64,000 nucleotides of DNA, from the NCBI GenBank assembly GCA_016284875.1, contig JAEEPS010000006.1, positions 5,383 to 69,382 on the forward strand. Reading direction: 5' to 3'. The notes beneath the pieces are model-generated. The model worked only from the letters and a program-made list of their open reading frames with translations. It did not search any database and had not been told where the DNA came from. Shown in pieces: positions 26,965 through 36,799 of the stretch (the stretch's first letter is position 1; every line of letters starts with the position of its first letter). Made by a program: the position numbers and the translations under genes. This DNA is from Salinivirgaceae bacterium (GTDB lineage Bacteria; Bacteroidota; Bacteroidia; Bacteroidales; SZUA-534).

Positions 26965-28032
26965 ATGGCACATCAAATAAACGGTATTCAGCAGATGGGC
27001 GTCGGAGTTCCGAACGTTCTGGAAGGTTGGGAGTGGTACAACAAGAATTTTGGAATGGACGTGAAAGTGTTCGACGAGGCTGCTGTGGCAAAACTAATGT
27101 TGCCGCACACTGGTGGTCAGACACGTGAGCGCCGCGCAATCTTTGCCTTGAATATGCAGGGTGGCGGTGGTTTCGAGATTTGGCAGCACACTGGCAAAAC
27201 GCCTGAGATGCCCAAGTTCGAAATCCAGATAGGCGACCTTGGCGTCTGCATTGCAAAAATGAAGACCACCGACATTCATAAAGCATATAACACATTCAGC
27301 AGCAGAGGTTTGGAACTTCTGACATCGGTTGAGAAAGACCCGGTTGGAACCGAGCACTTCTATATGAAGGATTTGTACGGCAACCTTTGGGAGTTTGTGC
27401 AGGAATCATCGTTTTTCACAACCACAAAGGCTGTGAATGGTGGCGTGTTTGGCGGCGTTGTCGGTGTTAAGAACATTGAGGAAAGTCTGCCCGTTTACCG
27501 CGACATTCTGGGCTACGACAAAGTTGTTTACGACCAAGAAGATGTGTTTGCCGACTGGGGCGGCGTTCCGGGCAGTGGCAACCGCTACCGCCGTATACTG
27601 CTTGCGCAGACAAGCGAAGGCCATGGCGCTTTCTCGCCTGTGTTTGGCAAGTCGCAGATTGAGTTGGTACAGGTTCTCGACCGCGAGCCGAAGGGCATCT
27701 TCGACGGCCGCATCTGGGGCGACCCTGGCTACATCCAAATTTGCTACGACATTGCCAATATGGATGACCTGCGCGAGTTTGTCAAGTCGAAAGGCTTCCC
27801 GTTCACAGTTGACAGCACACGTGCCGGCGACACCTTCGATATGGGTGAAGCCGCCGGAAGTTTCGCATACATTCAAGCACCCGAAGGCACGCTCATCGAG
27901 TTTGTCGAGACACACAAAGTGCCAATCGTCAAGAAATTGGGCATTGTCATCGACCTTCACAAGCGCGGTATGGACAAGCCGCTTCCGCGTTGGCTGCTTA
28001 AAATGTTCTCTCTCAAGAGAGTGAAATTCTGA
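26965..28032 (+). CDS. VOC (glyoxalase/bleomycin-resistance/dioxygenase) superfamily protein, multi-module
   Basis: 355 aa with repeated beta-alpha-beta-beta-beta modules (GIQQMGVGVPNV..., GVVGVKNIEESL...). Confidence 0.65.
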   Translation: MAHQINGIQQMGVGVPNVLEGWEWYNKNFGMDVKVFDEAAVAKLMLPHTGGQTRERRAIFALNMQGGGGFEIWQHTGKTPEMPKFEIQIGDLGVCIAKMKTTDIHKAYNTFSSRGLELLTSVEKDPVGTEHFYMKDLYGNLWEFVQESSFFTTTKAVNGGVFGGVVGVKNIEESLPVYRDILGYDKVVYDQEDVFADWGGVPGSGNRYRRILLAQTSEGHGAFSPVFGKSQIELVQVLDREPKGIFDGRIWGDPGYIQICYDIANMDDLREFVKSKGFPFTVDSTRAGDTFDMGEAAGSFAYIQAPEGTLIEFVETHKVPIVKKLGIVIDLHKRGMDKPLPRWLLKMFSLKRVKF

Positions 28033-28053
28033 TTGACAGATATATGAAACTGC

Positions 28054-28091
28054 AATCCGCGCCTGAATGATTTTCGGACGCGGATTTTTTA
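28054..28091 (+). terminator. Intrinsic terminator
   Basis: Stem AATCCGCG/CGCGGATT followed by a T-run. Confidence 0.8.
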
Positions 28092-28139
28092 TTTAATGAA
28101 TCTTGAAGAAGAAAGATTACGAATGGCTAAAACGTAGAG

Positions 28140-28829
28140 TTACAGTACCTTGTTTTTAGCCACAGTAGCCACAAAATCTTTCAGATAGAACGGGTCGAAG
28201 TAGGCCACATCCTTGAAATCAGCGGCGGCGAAGGCTTCCTCGGCAAGCGGAATCATATTCGCGGCAAGCGGACAAATGCCATCAATGAAAAATGCATTGG
28301 GCGACACAATCACCCCACGGCATTTGTCGGCGCCATCGCCATAAAATGCTATTTTATTGGATTTCAGTTCTTCAGCGAAACTGTTGCTGTCGATAACTAA
28401 AGCGCGGGTGTCGCAGGTGCGCTCCAAATTTGAGTTGTACATTGCAGTGTAAACTTCCATGCGACGGGCGTCAATCATTGAGCAGAAGAGGTCGGGGCGG
28501 AGAGAGGCGTTTTTGGCAGCCATAATGGCCATCGATTTAAGTGTGTCGATGGCAATCAGTTTGGCGCCGGTGGCGTAGCAGATGCCTTTGGCTGTCGATA
28601 CTCCAATGCGCAGTCCCGTGTAGGAGCCCGGTCCCTGGCTGACGGCCACAGCATCGAGCGCCGATGCTTCAAGGTGGGTTTCGTTCAGGATTTGTTCAAC
28701 AAAAACAGTGAGCAGAGTGGCGTGCGACTTGCCCTCGTAACTCACGCGCTCGGCCAGCAGTTTGCCATCGCGCGCCAAGGCCGCCGAGCAGACCGATGTT
28801 GATGTCTCTAATGATAGAATGAGTGCCAT
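28140..28829 (-). CDS. tsaB: tRNA t6A37 threonylcarbamoyl transfer complex protein TsaB
   Basis: 229 aa with ILSLETSTSVCSAAL at the N-terminus and GPGSYTGLRIGVSTAKG. Confidence 0.9.
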   Translation of the reverse strand: MALILSLETSTSVCSAALARDGKLLAERVSYEGKSHATLLTVFVEQILNETHLEASALDAVAVSQGPGSYTGLRIGVSTAKGICYATGAKLIAIDTLKSMAIMAAKNASLRPDLFCSMIDARRMEVYTAMYNSNLERTCDTRALVIDSNSFAEELKSNKIAFYGDGADKCRGVIVSPNAFFIDGICPLAANMIPLAEEAFAAADFKDVAYFDPFYLKDFVATVAKNKVL

Positions 28830-29023
28830 AACCCAAATTTTGCCGCGAAGATATTTATGATTTAGGAATTAGGATTTAGAAATTTATGTTCAAAGTCGTT
28901 TTTTGTGAGATTTAGGTGTAAATGGTTTTAAGAATGATGTTTGTGACTGCTACGGGTGCGTTCGCCAAAATAATTCAACAGATTCAGTATTTTCAACTAT
29001 TTTCGGCTTTCTTAACGAGGAAA

Positions 29024-30643
29024 ATGAGCAGACGCTTTAGATTATTGATTTTGTTGATGGCTGCGGCTTTGTGGGCGCAAGGTCAGGAGTCGCATTCGCT
29101 CTATATGGACCAGGAATTCAACCACTTCGACCGTTATGTCTATCAGAAACAGAACCGTTTCCACACTTCGGTGAAGCCTTATCAGACGCGGCAGGTGAAC
29201 ACCACAGTCAATGCCGATTCAATTTACCGCATCGATGCTAGCCGCAAGTTGCCTGATATCTTGCTGAACCGCAGTTGGTTTGGTTACAAGCAGGACGATT
29301 TTGAGTTCACCATCGACCCGCTGATGCATTTTGAACTTGGCCGCGATTCCGATTACGACAAGATGAGTTGGATAAACACCCGCGGCATTATGGTGAACGC
29401 GCGGTTGGGCAAATATGTGTTTGTGACATCTGATTTCTATGAGAATCAGGCTAAATTCTACGATTATCGCCGTCAGGTTGTGAAGGATACGAAAGCCATG
29501 CCAGGGCAGGGTTCTTATAAGGCGTTCAAGGAGGATGGCTACGATTACGCTTGGGTGGATGCCACTGTCAGTTTCCAACCCGACGAGCATTTCGACATCA
29601 CTTTCGGTCATGGCAAAAATTTCATTGGCGACGGCTATCGTTCTATGATTCTGAGCGATGCATCGTTCAACTATCCTTTTCTGCGCATAACCACCGATTT
29701 CTGGCATATCAAGTATGTTAATCTTTGGGCGCAGTTTCAAGACCTTGTGAACCGATATGAATATGGCCATCCACACGATAAGAAGTGGGGTTCGTTCAAC
29801 TATCTCGACTGGTCGGTTACGCCGTGGCTCAATGTTGGATTCTTTGAGTCAGTCATTTGGGCGAATGCGGACAGTCTTGGCCATCGTGGGTTCGACATCA
29901 ACTATGCTAATCCAGTGATTTTCACGCGCCCAGTTGAGTTCTCGGTCGGTTCGCCCGATAATGCCTTGATGGGCTTGACAGGCAAACTGACATTGTGGAA
30001 CAATCATGTGCTTTACGGGCAGTTCATCATCGATGAGTTCAAACTCGAGAATATCAAGGCTGGCATCAAGCATCAGTTCAACAAGTCGGACTCAACAATT
30101 CAGTGGGGATGGTGGGCCAATAAGTGGGCTTTGCAGATGGGCTACAAGACTTACGATTTGTTCGGATTGGAACATCTTGACATTCAGGCCGAAATGAATG
30201 TTGCTCGGCCATTCATGTACTCGCACGTCACACATATTCAGAACTATGGCCATTATCGCCAGCCACTTGCGCATCCGTTGGGTAGCAATTTCAAAGAATT
30301 TGTGCTTATAGGTCGCTACAATTATAAGCGACTTTTTGTTGAGGCGAAATACATCCATGCCATGCACGGTCGCGATGTTAATGGTGTGAATATGGGCAAC
30401 AATATTTTCCTCGATTACACAACGCATGGCGATGAATATCACAACGAAATAGGGCAGGGGGAGAAGGTGATTCTTCAGAACACCAACCTCAAGGCCGCGT
30501 TCCTCATCAATCCGCGAACCAACATGAATGTCTATCTCGGGCTGAATATGCGTTCGGAGGAAGTGGGTGGAGAAAAAAACAAAAACAGGCTGATAACCTT
30601 TGGTTTGCGCACATCGTTGCAGAATATTTATTACGATTTTTAA
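29024..30643 (+). CDS. Outer-membrane protein, Wzi/RemB-like (capsule-assembly / gliding-associated family), function uncertain
   Basis: The signal peptide MSRRFRLLILLMAAALWAQ begins at the ATG at 29024. It is aromatic-rich and beta-barrel-like, with a FGHGKNFIGDGYRSMILSD block that I recall from RemB/Wzi-like proteins. Confidence 0.45.
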   Translation: MSRRFRLLILLMAAALWAQGQESHSLYMDQEFNHFDRYVYQKQNRFHTSVKPYQTRQVNTTVNADSIYRIDASRKLPDILLNRSWFGYKQDDFEFTIDPLMHFELGRDSDYDKMSWINTRGIMVNARLGKYVFVTSDFYENQAKFYDYRRQVVKDTKAMPGQGSYKAFKEDGYDYAWVDATVSFQPDEHFDITFGHGKNFIGDGYRSMILSDASFNYPFLRITTDFWHIKYVNLWAQFQDLVNRYEYGHPHDKKWGSFNYLDWSVTPWLNVGFFESVIWANADSLGHRGFDINYANPVIFTRPVEFSVGSPDNALMGLTGKLTLWNNHVLYGQFIIDEFKLENIKAGIKHQFNKSDSTIQWGWWANKWALQMGYKTYDLFGLEHLDIQAEMNVARPFMYSHVTHIQNYGHYRQPLAHPLGSNFKEFVLIGRYNYKRLFVEAKYIHAMHGRDVNGVNMGNNIFLDYTTHGDEYHNEIGQGEKVILQNTNLKAAFLINPRTNMNVYLGLNMRSEEVGGEKNKNRLITFGLRTSLQNIYYDF

Positions 30644-30668
30644 TCTGCGGCACAATTATTGAAATAAG

Positions 30669-30676
30669 TATATTTG
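30669..30676 (+). promoter_or_regulatory. Candidate -7 box (TAtaTTTG)
   Basis: Exact match 17 nt upstream of the ATG at 30693. Confidence 0.5.
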
Positions 30677-30692
30677 CAAAAATTGTTAATCG

Positions 30693-31283
30693 ATGAGTTG
30701 GCTGCGTATATTATTAATAGGTGTTTTGGCAACAGCATTCTGCTGGCCGACAGTGGCGCAAGAACCAAAGAAAAAGCCTGTGGCTGTGCGCTTTATTATT
30801 GACGATAATGGTGATACCTTGCCAGTGGTCAACATTGAGACTGTGACAGTTCGTCATTTCAAGAAACGCCGTCAGCAAATCAAGTACGACAAACTGATGC
30901 GTAACGTGAAAAAGGCCTATCCGTACGCCATTGCCGCTCGCGACGAACTGGCAACCATGAACGCCAACCTTGAGGGTGTCACCGACATACAGCAACGCGA
31001 AGCATACATCAAAGAGTATGAAAAACAGATGTTTAAGCGATACGAGAAAGAACTTCGTGCGCTTACCATATCACAAGGTCGCATTCTACTCAAACTTGTT
31101 GACCGCGAGATAAATAACACTGCTTTCGAACTTGTTCAGGAGTATCGTGGCTCATTCTCGGCATATTTCTGGCAGGGCGTTGCACGCATTTTCGGTGAAA
31201 ACTTGAAAAGCGAATATGATCCCGAAGAAGAGGATATGTATATTGAAGAGATTGTGCTGCTTATCGAAGCTGGAGTAATCTGA
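30693..31283 (+). CDS. DUF4294-like secreted protein
   Basis: 196 aa with a signal peptide and a KYDKLMRNVKKAYPYA block recalled from the DUF4294 family. Confidence 0.55.
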   Translation: MSWLRILLIGVLATAFCWPTVAQEPKKKPVAVRFIIDDNGDTLPVVNIETVTVRHFKKRRQQIKYDKLMRNVKKAYPYAIAARDELATMNANLEGVTDIQQREAYIKEYEKQMFKRYEKELRALTISQGRILLKLVDREINNTAFELVQEYRGSFSAYFWQGVARIFGENLKSEYDPEEEDMYIEEIVLLIEAGVI

Positions 31284-31410
31284 TATCACCAAAGGCGTTA
31301 AGACAACAAATGTCTAGTAATCATTGTATAGTTGGTTCTCAAGGAACTGGAATCAACTGAAAAATAGCCGATAAAATAGTGTGTGTAAGTAATATTTGTG
31401 TTCAAACACA

Positions 31411-32787
31411 TCACTTCAGTTTGTACTCGTAATTGATGAAAATCTTCTTCACCTTCACGAAATAGATTAGCACACAAATGGTTGCGATGGCGGCGAGAGC
31501 ATCGGAAACGGGCATGCTAAGCCATACGCCGGTAAGTCCCAAACCGCCTATGCGTGGCAGTAAGAACATTGATGGAATCAAGAACAAGAGTTGGCGCGTC
31601 ATGGTCAGAACAATGGCGATTTTCGGACGGCCAACAGATTGGAAGAAGTTGCTCGTAACCATTTGAATACCAACAATGGCGAAGGATGCCAAAGCTATCC
31701 GCATTCCTTGAGCCGACAGTTCGATAAGTTCTGTGTCGGTAGTGAACATTGACGAGATGAACCTTGGGAAAAGTTCGCCCGACAAAAATCCTAGAATGGT
31801 AACTGTTGAGCCGCAGACCAATGTCAGTTTGAATACTTGTTTCACGCGATCGAGTTGGCGAGCGCCGAAGTTGAACCCCGCAATTGGCTGCATTCCTTGG
31901 TTAAAACCTGCCACAATCATTGCAATCAGGTTCAGCAAACTGTTGATGATACCAAACGCACCAATGGCAAAATCGCCGCCATAATTGTAAAGACTGCGGT
32001 TCATTAATGCGGCTATCAAACTGGCGCACAGCAGCATAATAAAGTTCGGCAGACCAATCAAGAAGATGTTCGTCACGATTTTGCCTTTAAGACGGAAACA
32101 GCCTGGAGCAAAGTGCAGAGGCTTGTCATGGTGCAAAAAGTGATGCATGACAATAATCGTTCCCACAATCTGCCCGCACAAGGTGGCCAAGGCCGCACCG
32201 CGTATGCCCCAATGAAACACAAAGATGTAAATTGGTGCAAGTGTAATATTTATGGCTATGGTAGTCAACGTTACGTACATTGATTTTTGCGGAAATCCCG
32301 ATGCGCGCATAATATGATTTAGTCCTAAATAGACATGAATCAACAAGTTGCCAATGAGCGCTATTTCCATAAACTCACGGGCATATGGCAGTGTCATCTC
32401 ACTTGCGCCAAACAGCATCAGAATGTCATCAAGAAATATGTATCCAAAAAAGGAAGTGACGATGCTCAATATAATATTGAGTATGAAAGCGTTGCCAAGT
32501 GTGCGGACAGCGTCTTCCTCGTTTTTCTGCCCCATATAGATTGACACCATTGTGGATGCGCCAACACCAATCATTGCGCCAAAAGCGGCAAAAATGTTCA
32601 TCAGCGGCAGCGTGAGTGCCAACCCCGAAATGGCGTATGGCCCAACGCCCTGACCAATGAAAATACGGTCAACAATGTTGTATATTGCCGATGCCGCCGT
32701 GGCAATGATGGCTGGCAGCGAGTATTGAAATAGCAGTCGGCCAATACTGGCTGACCCGAGTTCCTTTGCAGCGTTTTCGTTTGACAT
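31411..32787 (-). CDS. MATE-family efflux transporter
   Basis: 458 aa with 12 TM helices and an N-terminal LGSASIGRLLFQYSLPAIIATAASAIYNIVDRIFIG block typical of NorM/DinF-like MATE proteins. Confidence 0.9.
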   Translation of the reverse strand: MSNENAAKELGSASIGRLLFQYSLPAIIATAASAIYNIVDRIFIGQGVGPYAISGLALTLPLMNIFAAFGAMIGVGASTMVSIYMGQKNEEDAVRTLGNAFILNIILSIVTSFFGYIFLDDILMLFGASEMTLPYAREFMEIALIGNLLIHVYLGLNHIMRASGFPQKSMYVTLTTIAINITLAPIYIFVFHWGIRGAALATLCGQIVGTIIVMHHFLHHDKPLHFAPGCFRLKGKIVTNIFLIGLPNFIMLLCASLIAALMNRSLYNYGGDFAIGAFGIINSLLNLIAMIVAGFNQGMQPIAGFNFGARQLDRVKQVFKLTLVCGSTVTILGFLSGELFPRFISSMFTTDTELIELSAQGMRIALASFAIVGIQMVTSNFFQSVGRPKIAIVLTMTRQLLFLIPSMFLLPRIGGLGLTGVWLSMPVSDALAAIATICVLIYFVKVKKIFINYEYKLK

Positions 32788-32944
32788 AGTGCTTTTGTAA
32801 AATCGCGCAAAAGTCCGAAAAAAAATTGATTCTTTCCGTGTATTCTGTGTTTTCCGTGGTTAAATATTATTAGTCCGTTGTTCAAAAATTATATCTTTAT
32901 TTTTCGAAAAACGGAGTTGGAATTTTATTTAAAAGATTGATATT

Positions 32945-34105
32945 ATGAAAATTAAAGAAAATTCTGCAATCCACTATATCGGTTGCGACGACACCGATTT
33001 GGATTTGTTTGAAAACCAGTACATTGTGCCAGAAGGAATGGCATATAACTCATATCTGATTGAAGACGAGAAGATTGCCATTACCGACACCGTCGATGCT
33101 CGCAAGAGCGATGAGTGGCAGGCAAACTTGAAGGCCGCTCTCAACGGTCGACTGCCCGATTACCTTGTGGTTCACCATCTTGAGCCCGACCATTCGGCCA
33201 ATATTGGTTGGGTGATGGACACGTTTGCCGATTGCAAGATTGTTTGTTCTGCCAAAGCAGCAGCCTTCCTGCCGCAGTTCTTCGGCACTGATTTTGCGGG
33301 CCGCGTTGTTACTGTCAAAGAAGGCGATACGCTTTCGCTTGGCGCTCATACTTTGCAATTTATAATGGCACCGATGGTTCACTGGCCTGAGGTGATGGTT
33401 TCGTACGAATCATCGGAAAAAGTGCTTTTTGCTGCCGATGCTTTTGGCAAGTTTGGTGCTCTCTGCAACGAGACCGATGACTGGGCTTGCGAGGCTCGCC
33501 GTTACTATTTCAACATTGTCGGAAAGTATGGCAATCCAGTTCAAACTTTGCTGAAGAAAGCCGCCACGCTCGACATCCAGACTATCTGCCCGCTGCATGG
33601 TCCGATTTTGAAGGGAAATCTTAGTTATTACATTGATTTATATCAAACTTGGAGTTCTTATCAGCCTGAAACAAAGGGCGTTTTCATCGCTTATGCGTCG
33701 CTTCACGGCAACACTGCAAAAGCCGCCGAGGAACTTGCGGCAATGCTTGAGGCGAAAGGAGAGAAGGTTGCCATTTCCGACCTTTCGCGTGCTGATATTG
33801 CCGAGTGTGTCGAGGACGCTTTCCGCTACGACCGAATGGTGCTTTGCGCTTCGTCGTACGACGGCGGCGTAATGCCTCTGATGCGTGATTTCATCAACCA
33901 TCTGGCCGACAAAACCTACCAAAAACGCAAGGTTGCGCTTGTCGAGAATGGCACGTGGGCGCCATCGGCAGCACGCACAATGCGCGCTTTGGTTGAGCCG
34001 ATGAAGGAGATAACAATTGCCGACACGTTTGTCACAATCAAGACAACGCTCACAGCCGATAGCCGCGCCGCCTTGCAGCAATTAGCCGATGAATTGACAC
34101 GGTAA
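32945..34105 (+). CDS. FprA-family A-type flavoprotein (flavodiiron-like: MBL domain plus flavodoxin domain)
   Basis: 386 aa with the HHLEPDHS di-iron motif and a C-terminal flavodoxin-like VFIAYASLHGNTAKAAEELA. Confidence 0.8.
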   Translation: MKIKENSAIHYIGCDDTDLDLFENQYIVPEGMAYNSYLIEDEKIAITDTVDARKSDEWQANLKAALNGRLPDYLVVHHLEPDHSANIGWVMDTFADCKIVCSAKAAAFLPQFFGTDFAGRVVTVKEGDTLSLGAHTLQFIMAPMVHWPEVMVSYESSEKVLFAADAFGKFGALCNETDDWACEARRYYFNIVGKYGNPVQTLLKKAATLDIQTICPLHGPILKGNLSYYIDLYQTWSSYQPETKGVFIAYASLHGNTAKAAEELAAMLEAKGEKVAISDLSRADIAECVEDAFRYDRMVLCASSYDGGVMPLMRDFINHLADKTYQKRKVALVENGTWAPSAARTMRALVEPMKEITIADTFVTIKTTLTADSRAALQQLADELTR

Positions 34106-34124
34106 GTTATTGTAAGTGAGAAGC

Positions 34125-34163
34125 AAAAATCCCCGAATGGCGGTGCCGTTCGGGGATTTTTTT
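34125..34163. terminator. Bidirectional intrinsic terminator between convergent genes
   Basis: 12-bp stem AAAATCCCCGAA/TTCGGGGATTTT with A-rich 5' and T-rich 3' flanks. Confidence 0.85.
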
Positions 34164-34181
34164 GTTGTTGTAAAATCAAAT

Positions 34182-36509
34182 TTATTCTTTCTTATTTTCT
34201 TCTCGAGAGGCTTTAATCGCATTTGTAACATCTGTGGTCAGACCGAATGTGCCCACAACATTTCCGTCGCTGTCAAACAACGGGTATTTTGATGTCGAAG
34301 TGTAGATTATAGTATCCAAACGATGTTCTTTCTGAATTTGGTTCAATATTGGTTTCTTTGATTTAATAATTTGTTGCTCATCGTTATAGAAGTGCTGGGC
34401 ATCATCTTGGCTGGCACAGAAATCGAAATCGCTCTTACCAACCACATCTTCGTATGAGTTAGCCTTCACCAAACTCAAGTATGATTTAGAAACGCGTATG
34501 AATTTGCCATCCAAATCTTTGAAATAGATGTAATCGTTAACGTTATCCATAAGCGAATCCATCAGAACTTGCTCTTTAGCCAGTTCCTCGCGCATTGTTG
34601 TGTTCTCCTCCATCTGGCGGCGCAAATCCTCTTGGGTGGCTTGCATCTCCTCCAGATTCTGACGGAGTTCCTCTTCTTGCGAAGTCAAGTCTTCACGTTG
34701 CAACTGGCTGGCTTGTAATAGTTTTGATGTCTTTTCAGCAACTTTTACACTTGAAACTGTTGAGGCGATGCTCTCGCCGAGTTTCTCAACAAATTCAATC
34801 TCGTAGGGTTTCAGTTCATTAAACGATGCAATTTCAATCACACCGAACATCTCGTCGTTGAGAATGCAGGGAACTATCAGTATGCAGCGCGGATTAGCGG
34901 TGCCGAGTCCAGAAGTAATCTTTACGTAATCTTCCGGAACTTCAGTTAGATAGATTGTTTTCCGCTCGTAGATGCAGCGTCCCACAAGGCCTTCGCCCAC
35001 GCGAATATCCTTTTTCATGTATTTATCGCGGCCGTAGGCTATGGCGGTTACCATTGAGTAATAGATGTCGTTTTCGTCATCATTGTTTATCACAAACAAT
35101 GCACCTTGGTTCACTTTCAGGTAGTCGATGAGGTTCGACATTATGTTGTAACCAAGTGATTTCATATTGTCAAGGTCCTTACGCAGGATGTCACCGAATT
35201 TTGCGATACCTTCAGTGGCCCAGTTGCGCAGTTCTTCCTCTTTTTTGCGCTCTGCTTCAATCTTTTGACTTTCAACAAGGCTGTCGCGCATCTTTATCAA
35301 CGCCTCGCCCAATCGGTCTTTGCTTCCAAGAGCATGAAAATCGCTTTCAAAATCACCCTTTCCGATGCCGAGAGCAAAAGTTTCCGACTTGCGCATTCCT
35401 TCAACAACTTGATTAAGTGATTCTGACATGTCTTCAAGTTCATCGTTTGTTTTGATGTTCAATGTGTCAATGTTTTCTGTATCGCCTACAGCAAGATGTT
35501 TCAAAGCTTCGGTAGTATGCTTGATTGGAGATGCTAAGTTTTTGGCAACAAGATAAATGCAGAATACAATTATCAGCAGGCCGATAATAGCCATTATCAA
35601 TGTGATGCGGATACTGTTGGCCGCTTGTTGGCCTACGTTGCTTGTCGGGAACGTGAGTGCAAGTGACCAATTGCAGCCTGGCGCAATGTTGATGGGAGTG
35701 AAGTAGGTGCACATCGGCACACCGTTCTTTACGAATGCGTTGTTCAGATATTCACCTTTTGAAATCCGTTCGTACATAGAACTGATGGCGGCTGTGTCGT
35801 TGTAGCCGACTGTGAATTTGTTAGTGATGTCATTAAACTCACTTGAGTAAATGATAACGCCATGTTCGTTGATGAGGTGTTTGATAACCTCCTCGTTGAA
35901 TGCTTGTGCAACTTTTACAGCAAGAAAATCAAACTCCTTAACATTGATGGCTTTGCAAACATAACCGCAGATGTTGTCGCTTTGGTATATTGGAGTGCTG
36001 ATGTTTATCATCCACTGTCCGTTCAATTCATAAGGATTGTAAAACAAGGTGGTGTTAGTTCCTATGATTTGCGAGAAATTATTATGTATTAATCCGTTAT
36101 CATCACTGACGCTAACAGTGCCATTGTTGGCTTGTATCAGTACCCACTCGTTGTTTTGGTAGTTCGTGTCGGCGTAGAACGATGATGTCAGCAGCAGCCA
36201 ATACATCTGGCCTTTTGCCGAGTTGGTAATAGTTTTTTTGAAGTACTCTCGATCAGCCGAATCAAGTACAGTTTTTTGCACTGATAATATGTTTGCCAGT
36301 GTTTTGACGTTTGATTGGTTGTCTTTTAGCACAATTTCAGCATGTGCGGCCGACCTTTCGGAGAGTAACCGACTAGTGTGTCCGTTATCGAATTCGGCCT
36401 GATTGGTAAATCTGACACCAATGAATACGATAAGGATAATGACATATATTGAAAGAGGAACCAGCACAAATAGGCTGATTTTTTTTCTGATACTGAGTTT
36501 AAGTTTCAT
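34182..36509 (-). CDS. Membrane sensor protein: TM - Cache-like extracytoplasmic domain - TM - HAMP - GAF - coiled coil - PAS; no recognisable output domain
   Basis: 775 aa. There are two TM segments (aa ~11-33 and ~303-323), followed by a HAMP-like region (PIKHTTEALKHLAVGD...). The GAF-like core reads VGEGLVGRCIYERKTIYL...FGVIEIASF. A heptad-rich linker follows, then a PAS-like end (YIYFKDLDGKFIRVSKS...), and the protein stops right after the PAS domain. Confidence 0.7.
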   Translation of the reverse strand: MKLKLSIRKKISLFVLVPLSIYVIILIVFIGVRFTNQAEFDNGHTSRLLSERSAAHAEIVLKDNQSNVKTLANILSVQKTVLDSADREYFKKTITNSAKGQMYWLLLTSSFYADTNYQNNEWVLIQANNGTVSVSDDNGLIHNNFSQIIGTNTTLFYNPYELNGQWMINISTPIYQSDNICGYVCKAINVKEFDFLAVKVAQAFNEEVIKHLINEHGVIIYSSEFNDITNKFTVGYNDTAAISSMYERISKGEYLNNAFVKNGVPMCTYFTPINIAPGCNWSLALTFPTSNVGQQAANSIRITLIMAIIGLLIIVFCIYLVAKNLASPIKHTTEALKHLAVGDTENIDTLNIKTNDELEDMSESLNQVVEGMRKSETFALGIGKGDFESDFHALGSKDRLGEALIKMRDSLVESQKIEAERKKEEELRNWATEGIAKFGDILRKDLDNMKSLGYNIMSNLIDYLKVNQGALFVINNDDENDIYYSMVTAIAYGRDKYMKKDIRVGEGLVGRCIYERKTIYLTEVPEDYVKITSGLGTANPRCILIVPCILNDEMFGVIEIASFNELKPYEIEFVEKLGESIASTVSSVKVAEKTSKLLQASQLQREDLTSQEEELRQNLEEMQATQEDLRRQMEENTTMREELAKEQVLMDSLMDNVNDYIYFKDLDGKFIRVSKSYLSLVKANSYEDVVGKSDFDFCASQDDAQHFYNDEQQIIKSKKPILNQIQKEHRLDTIIYTSTSKYPLFDSDGNVVGTFGLTTDVTNAIKASREENKKE

Positions 36510-36732
36510 CTGTCAAGTTTTTAGACAACAAATTTCAAAACGCATAAAAGTAAAACTCCTATGCTAAAAATCCAAGGCAATTTTTAGGGAAAAATAAGGG
36601 ACTCTGATTGCACTGTTTATTTTAGCCGTTTTCGATAAAGATTATTATCAAAAATGATCTGTATCTATAAAGAAATAGATGTTGCTTCATTAAAAATGAA
36701 GAAGATTCTATTTCAATGCTAATCAACTTTAA

Positions 36733-36767
36733 GCAAACAAAAAATGTGCACCATCAAGATGCACATT
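36733..36767 (-). terminator. Intrinsic terminator (minus strand) after the 36800-37792 gene
   Basis: Stem AATGTGCA/TGCACATT with a 9-nt loop, followed on the minus strand by TTTTTTGTTT. Confidence 0.8.
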
Positions 36768-36799
36768 CTTCCACTTAAAAACTATTTGTTATGAAAAAA

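Noticed and set aside
26859-27295. ORFs 26859-27128 (+) and 26900-27295 (-) spanning the low-complexity spacer
   Set aside because: They begin in repeat or leader DNA and overlap the well-supported VOC-family gene starting at 26965. No motifs were found.
28922-29023. N-terminal extensions suggested by the ORF track
   Set aside because: Here the downstream ATG at 29024 gives a canonical signal peptide. The same kind of extension was rejected at 7982-8023, 18480-18530, 25981-25998, 39520-39552, 39564-39587, 41409-41483, 43761-43805, 48213-48266, 50541-50627, 56133-56183, 56169-56249 and 58676-58729. In each case a downstream ATG gives a canonical signal peptide or conserved family N-terminus, and usually sits 12-45 nt below a TAnnTTTG box. 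Several of the extensions start at TTG or GTG.
36510-36799. Small ORFs (8-22 codons, e.g. MICIYKEIDVASLKMKKILFQC) in the 290-nt gap upstream of the sensor gene
   Set aside because: They are too short, have no promoter box or conservation evidence available to me, and lie in AT-rich sequence where such ORFs arise by chance.
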